Made by a program: the position numbers and the translations under genes
Source of the DNA: a virus
Lineage: Duplodnaviria; Caudoviricetes
DNA: 61,949 nt
Virus record (IMG/VR): IMGVR_UViG_3300036987_000305
Location: 1 to 61,949 of that record
Strand: one strand, 5' to 3'
In this document: positions 55,565 through 61,949 of the stretch, piece after piece
Numbering within the stretch: the stretch's first letter is position 1
Layout of the letters: every line of letters starts with the position of its first letter
Notes under the pieces: model-generated
The model's input: the letters and a program-made list of their open reading frames with translations, nothing else
Databases searched by the model: none
Told to the model about the DNA's origin: nothing

Positions 55565-56177
55565 TCCCGTACACCTCCTTAACCTCGGCTTCCGTGATGC
55601 CGATATAGGCCAGCACCTGCTTCTCGCTGGAATGGTTCAAGCACTTCATAAGCGTCGGAATAGGCACCCCGAACTCCACGTACTGCTGAAACGCCCATGT
55701 CTTCCGCAGCGTATGCGCTCCGTAATTCTCCTTCAAACCCACCCTCCGGCACCACCCCTTCACCAGCAACGACACCGACGGCACCACCATCACGCCATTC
55801 TTCCCCGCGAAAAGGTACTCCCACTGCTCGTCGAACGGATCCTCCGAGATCCATCGCTCCCGCCGGCCCCACTTCAACAGCCCCTGGATCGCCTCGATAC
55901 ACCCCCAGTTCAGCGCCACCCTCCGCTCTTTCCCGGTCTTCTTCTCCCGCAGCACGATCTCATCCATGGGCGCCAGGTCTTTCACCTGGTCCACCCGAAT
56001 AGACAGGAGGTCCGATGCCCGCAGATTCGTATTGATCCCCAGGATAAACAGGCAATAGTGCAGCGGATTCCCCGCCAGCAACTCCTTGACCTGTTTGATA
56101 TCGGACAGATCCCGGATCGGATCGACCCTGATGATACTCCCCTTCTTGGGGTGATTGTAGTTTTGCCCTTTTCGCAT
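55554..56177 (-). CDS. Small (catalytic-domain-only) tyrosine recombinase
   Basis: NTNLRASDLL (R), EKKTGK (K), HTLRKTW (HxxR), LNHSS (H), LAYIG (Y); GGAGG RBS before the ATG at 56177. Confidence 0.9.
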   Translation of the reverse strand: MRKGQNYNHPKKGSIIRVDPIRDLSDIKQVKELLAGNPLHYCLFILGINTNLRASDLLSIRVDQVKDLAPMDEIVLREKKTGKERRVALNWGCIEAIQGLLKWGRRERWISEDPFDEQWEYLFAGKNGVMVVPSVSLLVKGWCRRVGLKENYGAHTLRKTWAFQQYVEFGVPIPTLMKCLNHSSEKQVLAYIGITEAEVKEVYGNEL

Positions 56178-56185
56178 ACGCCTCC

Positions 56186-56614
56186 CTAGATCTTCACACT
56201 CTTCGCCGCCGGCAACCGGCACATCTTCACGACACCCGACAGCCGCGCCCCGCACTTCTTCATGTACGCGATCCGCTTCCCGAACTCCTCCGACGTATAC
56301 CACTCGCCGACACCGATGATGATCTCCCCCGTCAGTTTCTGGATAACGGTCTTGAGCCCCCCAGTCAGGCACAGATACATTACCGACGCCAGATTATCCC
56401 CGATCCCGTAGTACGCTTCCGACACCGCTTCGCCGTACCTCTCCTCCACGCCCTTCGGAGTCAGGAACCCGACCAGATCGACAACCAGGATGGCGCCGTC
56501 AACATCGGACTGCCGATACACCACCTCGGCCACTCCGCTCTTCGGCCGATTAATCGGGTCGGGATTCGTCAGCGGTCTGCTGTAGTTAAACACGTCGTTC
56601 TCATACCTGCTCAT
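56186..56614 (-). CDS. Hypothetical protein
   Basis: AAGGAGG RBS; ATGA overlap with the parB-like gene. Confidence 0.65.
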   Translation of the reverse strand: MSRYENDVFNYSRPLTNPDPINRPKSGVAEVVYRQSDVDGAILVVDLVGFLTPKGVEERYGEAVSEAYYGIGDNLASVMYLCLTGGLKTVIQKLTGEIIIGVGEWYTSEEFGKRIAYMKKCGARLSGVVKMCRLPAAKSVKI

Positions 56615-57450
56615 ACCTCGCCTCCTTTCACTCCAGCGTCTTCCATCTCCTGAATCAACGCATTTGCAGCGGCCAGGTAATCCCCCATCCGCTCCGACCC
56701 TTTCCCTGAAGCAGGGCATTCCACCAGCGACTCCACAACCTTGAACAGCCGAGGCCCCCACTTCTTCCAGTCCGCACGCGCCGCTTTCACCTCCTTCGGC
56801 AACCCGACCTTCTCCGCGTCCTTCTTCGTCGCACGCTTCTTCCCGGCCTCCTCGGCCACCTTCACGGCGCCGAGCATCTGCGCCAACGCCTCCTTCTCGC
56901 CAACCTCGTTGATCAGCTTGATGGCCAAGGTCGCGGACACCTTCCCCTCCTGCACGAGACTTTTGATCGCTGGCAACGCCGCATCCAGCGCCAAGCACGA
57001 TCCAATGTGCGTCCCGCTGTACCCGCTCTTCTTTGCCACTTCCCCGAGTTCCCATCCCCACAGCACCAGCCTCCGGTACACCGCCCCCTGCTCCAGGATC
57101 GTCAGCGGCTTCCCGTCATTCCCAACAACCATGGAAAGGACCCGGTCCCCCTCAGATCCTTCCTCGATAATCACTGGGACGCTCTTGATCTCCGCGCCCT
57201 CGCCGATCGCCATCATCGCGGCCGCCAGCCGGCAATGGCCGCTCACCACGTACGGGACCTCCAGCTCGTCCAGCCGCACCTTCAGCGGCACCTGCACGCC
57301 GATCTCCTTGATCGAATCCGCCAGCCTCCGGATATGCGCGGTCAGCTCCGCCGACGGCGTCCGAACGTTCCACCCCTCCTCCTCGTTCAGCGTCCTCGGG
57401 TCCATCCTAAACAGCTCGCTCTTCCCCACCACCAGTTCCTTGAGTCCCAT
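56611..57450 (-). CDS. ParB-like (ParB/Srx N-domain plus HTH) protein
   Basis: WNVR...LADSIKEIGVQVPLKV...VVSGHCRLAA; LTILEQ...EVAKKSGYS. Confidence 0.85.
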   Translation of the reverse strand: MGLKELVVGKSELFRMDPRTLNEEEGWNVRTPSAELTAHIRRLADSIKEIGVQVPLKVRLDELEVPYVVSGHCRLAAAMMAIGEGAEIKSVPVIIEEGSEGDRVLSMVVGNDGKPLTILEQGAVYRRLVLWGWELGEVAKKSGYSGTHIGSCLALDAALPAIKSLVQEGKVSATLAIKLINEVGEKEALAQMLGAVKVAEEAGKKRATKKDAEKVGLPKEVKAARADWKKWGPRLFKVVESLVECPASGKGSERMGDYLAAANALIQEMEDAGVKGGEV

Positions 57451-57459
57451 CTTCCCCTC

Positions 57460-57585
57460 CTATCCGGCGAAACACCACCACAAAAACAGCACCGCGGCCG
57501 CTACTCCCAGGCTAAACGCCGCTCCCACGATAATCAGCCAGGTCCTCGCAATGATCCTCTCCCTCCGATTGATGCTTCCGATCAT
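57460..57585 (-). CDS. Small membrane protein
   Basis: AAAGGAGG RBS; one TM helix; first gene of the leftward block. Confidence 0.6.
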   Translation of the reverse strand: MIGSINRRERIIARTWLIIVGAAFSLGVAAAVLFLWWCFAG

Positions 57586-57620
57586 ATGTGTCCTCCTTTC
57601 GTTTGTCGGTCTATGGGTCC

Positions 57621-57648
57621 CTTCTACCACACTTTTATCTTTTGTCAA
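57621..57648 (-). promoter_or_regulatory. Candidate leftward sigma70 promoter
   Basis: TTGACA-16-TAGAAG with TG upstream of the -10; T-rich upstream tract. Confidence 0.5.
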
Positions 57649-57729
57649 GAAAAAAGTTTAACTATCCGGGTCGGCGAAAATTTCCCCAGAAAAATTTTGA
57701 GGACTGCAAAGTAGCTTTTTGCGGGTAGA

Positions 57730-57822
57730 GGCGCATCGCGCTATTAACTTTCCGTAGGTGGGGCGCATCGCGCTATTAACTTTCCGTAGGTGGGGCGCAT
57801 CGCGCTATTAACTTTCCGTAGG
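57730..57822. repeat. 3 x 32-bp tandem repeat (third copy 29 bp)
   Basis: ggcgcatcgcgctattaactttccgtaggtgg at 57730, 57762 and 57794. Confidence 0.95.
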
Positions 57823-58254
57823 ATGGCACTAATAGACAATGAGCGCTTGGCGCGCAAAAAGATCGGGCGCGTTACGGAGCCTAGCCCGTATTTTAATTCC
57901 CGACGCGGGCCGACCCGAAGACGACTGTACCGGATAGGGTGGCCCCCGGCACGAATCGAGTCGAATCAATAGCTTAGCAGCAGGCCCTGGGAGGGCTGTA
58001 TAGACAGCTATACAGGCGCTGAGAGCCCTCGTCGGACCCACCCTGGCAACCCTGAAACTCAAGTAGCTGATATCACTGCCTTCAAACGCTTAACTACCGT
58101 CAATTGTTAAGCAGACGCATACCACGTGAATAAATGCTTATGTATTAGAACGAACGTTCTGCCAGGACCACGAACGGCCCCCACACCGAGGCCCAAATAC
58201 CTTACATGGCAACAGCGCACTTAAACACCTGATATAACAGCGGTAGTAGGAAAG

Positions 58255-58347
58255 TTATCAACAGGTTTATCAACAGGTTTATCAACAGGTTTATCAACAG
58301 GTTTATCAACAGGTTTATCAACAGGTTTATCAACAGGTTTATCAACA
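58255..58347 (+). repeat. 8 x 12-bp tandem array of DnaA-box-like TTATCAACA
   Basis: (ttatcaacaggt)7 ttatcaaca; one mismatch to TTATCCACA. Confidence 0.9.
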
Positions 58348-58355
58348 CCCTCACC

Positions 58356-58399
58356 GCTACATTGTAGCTACATTGTAGCTACATTGCAGCTACATTACG
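58356..58399 (+). repeat. 4 x 11-bp tandem repeat
   Basis: gctacattgta, gctacattgta, gctacattgca, gctacattacg. Confidence 0.9.
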
Positions 58400-58557
58400 G
58401 TACCGAAGCCGCCTAAAGGCCCGATACACCTATCATATCAGCTACTTACACCCAACAGCCCGTGGACCTGGCCTCGAACGCCTGCTTGCTAAGCCTATTA
58501 ACGATCGCATCACGTAAAAAAGATCATCAATGATTACTTTAACTTTACACCCGTTGT

Positions 58558-58607
58558 GAAAAAAAGATAAAAAAAGCACTTGACAATATTTCAGCCGTAT
58601 GGATACT
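58558..58607 (+). promoter_or_regulatory. Strong early sigma70 promoter with an A-tract UP element
   Basis: aaaaaaagataaaaaaag-cac-TTGACA(58580)-16-GATACT(58602). Confidence 0.7.
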
Positions 58608-58620
58608 GAAGCCGTACCAT

Positions 58621-58807
58621 CGGTCTTTGACAACAGACGGAGCGCACAAACAAGCGGATCCACCGTCTAACACTGAATACCACCGGGATGGACGAATGCA
58701 GCCGCAAGGAGCATGAACGCCTTTAGGCCAGATAAGCGCTGGCCGCCCGGGGAGCCCCTTAGCGGGGCACTTAAACGGTTGAAATTGTTCAACCGCTTAA
58801 CATCCCG
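58621..58807 (+). ncRNA. boxA-like motif plus a multi-stem structured leader
   Basis: cggtctttgacaac, then agacgg/ccgtct; cgggatg/catcccg closes cc-gcaa-gg, ggccag/ctggcc, gcccc/ggggc and cggttgaa/ttcaaccg. Confidence 0.55.
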
Positions 58808-58825
58808 CTAAAAGAGGAATAAACC

Positions 58826-58966
58826 ATGATCGACCGCGCCGAAGCATCAAGAGCCCTCGCCAAGGCAATCGCCTACAAAAACTGTAATAAAGACGCCGAC
58901 GCCGAAGCATGGGCACGTAAACTGGTAAAGTTACTTGAATGCGCCAACATCCTGAAAGGAGAATAG
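58826..58966 (+). CDS. First early gene, 46-aa helical protein
   Basis: AGAGGA RBS; MIDRAEASRALAKAIAYKNCNKDADAEAWARKLV... Confidence 0.65.
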   Translation: MIDRAEASRALAKAIAYKNCNKDADAEAWARKLVKLLECANILKGE

Positions 58967-58969
58967 GCC

Positions 58970-59164
58970 ATGAAGAAATCGAAGAAAGAGGAAGCCCGCC
59001 TGGCAGCCCGCGCCCTTTGGGTGAAAGCATGCAGGCACGACGACATCCCCACAGACGCGAAGTTCGTTACATTCTCCCAAAGGAATCCGTTTGACAAACC
59101 CTACAACAAGGCGATGGAGAAGTACTGGAAAGAATGTGCGAAAACCGGCAGTTACCCACTTTAA
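58970..59164 (+). CDS. Small early protein
   Basis: GAAAGGAG RBS; LWVKACRHDDIP...FVTFS..NPF. Confidence 0.7.
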   Translation: MKKSKKEEARLAARALWVKACRHDDIPTDAKFVTFSQRNPFDKPYNKAMEKYWKECAKTGSYPL

Positions 59165-59179
59165 AAGGAGGTTACACCC

Positions 59180-59344
59180 ATGAGCGGAGCAAGCACCGAC
59201 AACGGCCAGGCCTACCTGGCGATCAATCCTAGCCTTGAAGATTACATCGCCCTAGCGCGGGCCGACAACGCGGAGATGAAAAAACGTGTTGAAGACACCC
59301 TCAACAAGATACGGCAAGGCCGCGAGAACGCGAAGAACAAGTGA
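59180..59344 (+). CDS. Small early protein (54 aa)
   Basis: AAGGAGG RBS; open frame to TGA at 59344. Confidence 0.6.
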   Translation: MSGASTDNGQAYLAINPSLEDYIALARADNAEMKKRVEDTLNKIRQGRENAKNK

Positions 59345-59369
59345 TACACCCTGAAAGGAGATCAACGCC

Positions 59370-59642
59370 ATGTTATACCGGATCTTTACAGAAGACAAGA
59401 CCGAAGCCGTCGACGTAGTACAGGAAGCTATGACCGTCCATGATATCGACAGCTATACCCTGATCCACGCAACCGGTTATTGGAAGGGAGCCGCCGAAAA
59501 CAGCCTAATCATCGAAGTAGAATGCGATATGAGCACCGCAACCTTCTACAAAATCTGCAACATAGCTAAGCAGATCAAGCTGGAATTAAGCCAGGAAGCC
59601 GTCCTGGTCCAGAGGATTGAAAGCGAATCCCTTATAATCTAA
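59370..59642 (+). CDS. PII/DUF3574-like fold protein, candidate SAM lyase
   Basis: SYTLIHATGYWKG..ENSLIIEV...IAKQIKLELSQEAVLV resembles the G-x-W/Y...E...Q-[ED]-[AC]-V-L pattern of phage SAM lyases. Confidence 0.55.
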   Translation: MLYRIFTEDKTEAVDVVQEAMTVHDIDSYTLIHATGYWKGAAENSLIIEVECDMSTATFYKICNIAKQIKLELSQEAVLVQRIESESLII

Positions 59643-59668
59643 CCCGCCGAAAAGAAAGGAAAAGCGCC

Positions 59669-60112
59669 ATGAAGAACCACGCGTACAGCCTCAAAATCAC
59701 CCGTGTAGCTGAACCCGACTTCCCTTATAAAGGCCAGTCTCTCACGTGCACAAGCGAGCTGCTGCAATTTGCAAGAGACCTGCAAAGCATAGACACCGAA
59801 AAATTCCTCGCCCTTTACCTTGACGCCCAAAATGTTCTGTTATGCATCCATGTCACCAAGGGCACTGTGAACCAGGCTGTTGTCTACCCGCGTGAAATAA
59901 TCCGCCATGCCCTGCTCTCCGCCGCTTCCGGAATGATCCTCGTCCACAACCACCCCTCAGGCAAGACCCGCCCTTCCGACGCGGACATCCGGCTGACCCA
60001 AACGATATGTGAAATCGCAAAAAAGTTGGATATACTCGTCCACGACCACCTGGTCCTAGGGGAAAACGACAGCTTCTTCAGCTTCCGGGACCATGGGATC
60101 CTCCCGAATTAA
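59669..60112 (+). CDS. RadC-like JAB-domain protein
   Basis: EKFLALYLD, GTVNQAVVYPREI, HNHPSG...PSDAD, DHLVLG. Confidence 0.92.
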   Translation: MKNHAYSLKITRVAEPDFPYKGQSLTCTSELLQFARDLQSIDTEKFLALYLDAQNVLLCIHVTKGTVNQAVVYPREIIRHALLSAASGMILVHNHPSGKTRPSDADIRLTQTICEIAKKLDILVHDHLVLGENDSFFSFRDHGILPN

Positions 60113-60143
60113 CCGCCTACCACCTTGAAAGGAGAGCACGACA

Positions 60144-60323
60144 ATGGATGACTCCACCGCCGTAAGCATTGCCGAAGGATTTTGTGGAGGCGAAAACGCC
60201 ACCGAAGAAGAGCAAATCGAAGCATGGCAGCACCTGATTAGTACCGGCCTCTGCTGGAAGCTGCAAGGGCGGTTCGGACGCACCGCCGAAGCCCTGATCC
60301 AAAAAGGCATATGCCGCGCTTAA
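60144..60323 (+). CDS. Small conserved-looking phage early protein (59 aa)
   Basis: GAAAGGAG RBS; EAWQHLISTGLCWKLQGRFGRTAEALI. Confidence 0.72.
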   Translation: MDDSTAVSIAEGFCGGENATEEEQIEAWQHLISTGLCWKLQGRFGRTAEALIQKGICRA

Positions 60324-60401
60324 CCGCCTACCACCGGCCTGTATAGTCCACCTATACAGGCTCACTGACAGGCTGTTAAACCCCTAACACAAGGAGGAAA
60401 C

Positions 60402-60584
60402 ATGGATGATCTTTTGAACTTCGGAGTTTGGCAATTGTACGTTGGCGCCGGGTTCGGTATTGCGGGCGCCCTCTGGCACGTAAACCGCGATCGGATCCTG
60501 GAAGCCCTTACATCCTGCGGTATAAGCATCCTGATGATCTGGTTGGCCTGGATGATCACCGACACCCTGAAAGGAGGCCTATGA
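60402..60584 (+). CDS. Small two-TM membrane protein
   Basis: AAGGAGG RBS; two hydrophobic segments. Confidence 0.65.
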   Translation: MDDLLNFGVWQLYVGAGFGIAGALWHVNRDRILEALTSCGISILMIWLAWMITDTLKGGL

Positions 60585-60751
60585 ACGCCCCCCAACAAAA
60601 AAGCGAACTCGCCTACCTGCAATTCCAGCGCAAAGCCCGCCGAGAATGCGGCCTGGACTACACGTCAAAGCTGGACAAGAAGGAGCTTCGCAAACGCATA
60701 GCAAAATACACTGAAATGATCCATGAATATGAAAGGAGCATAAAGCCGTGA
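60581..60751 (+). CDS. Small basic early protein
   Basis: AAAGGAGG RBS; ATGA overlap. Confidence 0.65.
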   Translation: MNAPQQKSELAYLQFQRKARRECGLDYTSKLDKKELRKRIAKYTEMIHEYERSIKP

Positions 60752-61248
60752 GAAAACAGGAAATCACCCTCTATTCTTTTCCGGAGCTTAACGAAAAAGC
60801 GCAACAAAAAGCCCTTAACCACCTACGTGAATGGAACACCGAAACCGATTGGTGGATCCCGACATATGAAGACGCTAATATGATCGGCCTCGAAATCGAT
60901 TCTTTCGACCTCGCCCGCCAAACCATCTGCTGTAAATTTATGGGGCACGCCAAAGTAACCGCGGACCTTATCCTGGCCAACCACGGCGAAACATGCGACA
61001 CCTACAAACTAGCCAAAGCCCACATCACGGCAGGCGAAAAACTTGAAGATGAAGCCCTTAACGCTGACATCGACCCCGCACTAGACGACATAACGGACGA
61101 CTTCCGCCTAGCCCTGCAACGCGGCTACCTGACCGCGCTCCAAGAGAAATACAACCACCTTACAGACGACGCCACCCTGATCGAACAGATGGAAGAGGGC
61201 GAGTATGAGTACCATTCCGACGGCCGCCTCTACACGGGCGAAAACTAA
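60748..61248 (+). CDS. Acidic phage early protein
   Basis: GTG start with GAAAGGAG; LYSFPELNEKAQQKA...EYEYHSDG pattern; D/E-rich. Confidence 0.75.
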   Translation: MRKQEITLYSFPELNEKAQQKALNHLREWNTETDWWIPTYEDANMIGLEIDSFDLARQTICCKFMGHAKVTADLILANHGETCDTYKLAKAHITAGEKLEDEALNADIDPALDDITDDFRLALQRGYLTALQEKYNHLTDDATLIEQMEEGEYEYHSDGRLYTGEN

Positions 61249-61267
61249 CTTTGAAAGGAGAAAAGCT

Positions 61268-61462
61268 GTGAAAGTAAGACCTTGCCCCCTACGGATCAAA
61301 AACCCAAACCATTACAAGAAAGACGGCTCCTGCCTCTGCTTCGATCATCCGGCCGTCGGCCAGGACGACAAAGCCCAGGCGAAGGTCATCAACAAATGGA
61401 AAAAGCATGGCCTCGTGATGGCGCGCAAAATGGCCCGAAGGACCAAAACGGAAACCCTCTAA
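61268..61462 (+). CDS. Small early protein
   Basis: GAAAGGAG RBS, GTG start; CP...HYKKDGSCLC. Confidence 0.6.
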   Translation: MKVRPCPLRIKNPNHYKKDGSCLCFDHPAVGQDDKAQAKVINKWKKHGLVMARKMARRTKTETL

Positions 61463-61483
61463 CCCCCTGAAAGGAGCAATACA

Positions 61484-61949
61484 ATGTGTGAATTCATTTC
61501 ATGGAAAGAGATCAAGACCCCCTCCGGCACGGAGATCCTTTTCCTCACCTACGGTGATATCTACAACACTTCACGAGGAATGGCCTTACGCAACCATACA
61601 ATCGCTGGCGACCTGACGGGGCATGGAGCAATCGCCTTTTACTACGAAATCTCCCCCACGAAAGGAAAGAACCGGGAATGCACCGACTTTTCCACCCCGG
61701 ATAACTTTCCGCCTGAAATCGTCGCGGCCCTGAAAGCAGGAAGAATGCGAGGACTTTCCCACTTCCCTGAGGGTCTTTTGCTCCCGGCTCTGTACTCCGA
61801 CTACAGCGCCAAGCGCGACGCTCTGTACTCCGACTACAGCGCCAAGTGCGACGCTCTGCACGACGACTACAACGCCAAGTGCGACGCTCTGGACGACGAC
61901 TACAACGCCAAGCGCGCCCCTCTGTACTCCGACTACAGCGCCAAGCGCG
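61484..61949 (+). CDS. 5' part of the hendecad-repeat protein (continues through 1-459)
   Basis: GAAAGGAG RBS; MCEFISWKE...GHGAIAFYY...ECTDFSTPDNFPPEI, then repeats; no stop before the contig end. Confidence 0.8.
   Translation, partial: MCEFISWKEIKTPSGTEILFLTYGDIYNTSRGMALRNHTIAGDLTGHGAIAFYYEISPTKGKNRECTDFSTPDNFPPEIVAALKAGRMRGLSHFPEGLLLPALYSDYSAKRDALYSDYSAKCDALHDDYNAKCDALDDDYNAKRAPLYSDYSAKR

Larger units (their letters stand above)
57964..58448. promoter_or_regulatory. Three IHF-consensus sites (WATCAR-N4-TTR)
   Basis: aatcaatagctta 57964-57976 (+); tatcagctacttg 58072-58060 (-); tatcagctactta 58436-58448 (+). Confidence 0.6.

Noticed and set aside
55554-56372. 272-aa integrase with an N-terminal extension
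   Set aside because: The first 65 codons overlap the upstream gene in another frame; the GGAGG RBS supports a start at 56177.
57730-57822. Mini-CRISPR (32-bp repeats)
   Set aside because: Repeats are directly tandem without spacers.
57996-58015. LexA SOS box
   Set aside because: CTGT...ACAG spacing is 12 (or 4) nt, not the 8 nt of the E. coli-type box.
58120-58160. dif/Xer-like site (gaataa-atgc-ttatgtatta)
   Set aside because: The spacer is 4 nt rather than 6 and the arms match poorly; not supportable.
61823-61949. Biological terminal repeat of the virion DNA
   Set aside because: It is exactly 127 nt and lies inside a coding tandem repeat, consistent with assembler k-mer overlap.

Overview
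The window is an apparently complete ~61.8 kb circular (or circularly permuted) dsDNA tailed-phage genome: bases 61823-61949 exactly repeat bases 1-127. The layout is podovirus-like, with no tape measure, tube or sheath gene. It has four blocks. (1) A leftward nucleotide/replication block: class II RNR, dATP/dGTP diphosphohydrolase-like protein, RuvC-like resolvase, primase-polymerase/AAA helicase and an HTH protein. (2) A rightward replication block: SNF2 helicase, DUF2800 nuclease, HU/IHF, DUF2815 SSB, phosphoesterase, PolA and small accessory ORFs. (3) A long leftward block: ParB-like protein, small tyrosine recombinase, terminase with a mini-intein, portal, scaffold, capsid, four adaptor paralogs, tail proteins, ejection proteins, tail fibre and lysis genes. 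(4) A repeat-rich non-coding control region followed by rightward early genes: a candidate SAM lyase, a RadC/JAB protein and an 11-residue-repeat protein. The most striking items are these. A 2811-aa putative ejected polyvalent protein carries a B12-type radical SAM domain plus HhH-glycosylase-like, ART-like and zincin domains, and its linkers hide two +1-frame ORFs with their own RBS. Four tandem adaptor paralogs share one core, three of them with different inserted passenger domains. An 8x DnaA-box-like array is flanked by IHF-consensus sites. There are also two candidate structured RNAs. All product calls come from motif recognition by eye, not database searches. An anaerobic, cobalamin-using host (possibly Desulfobacterota-like) is inference only.
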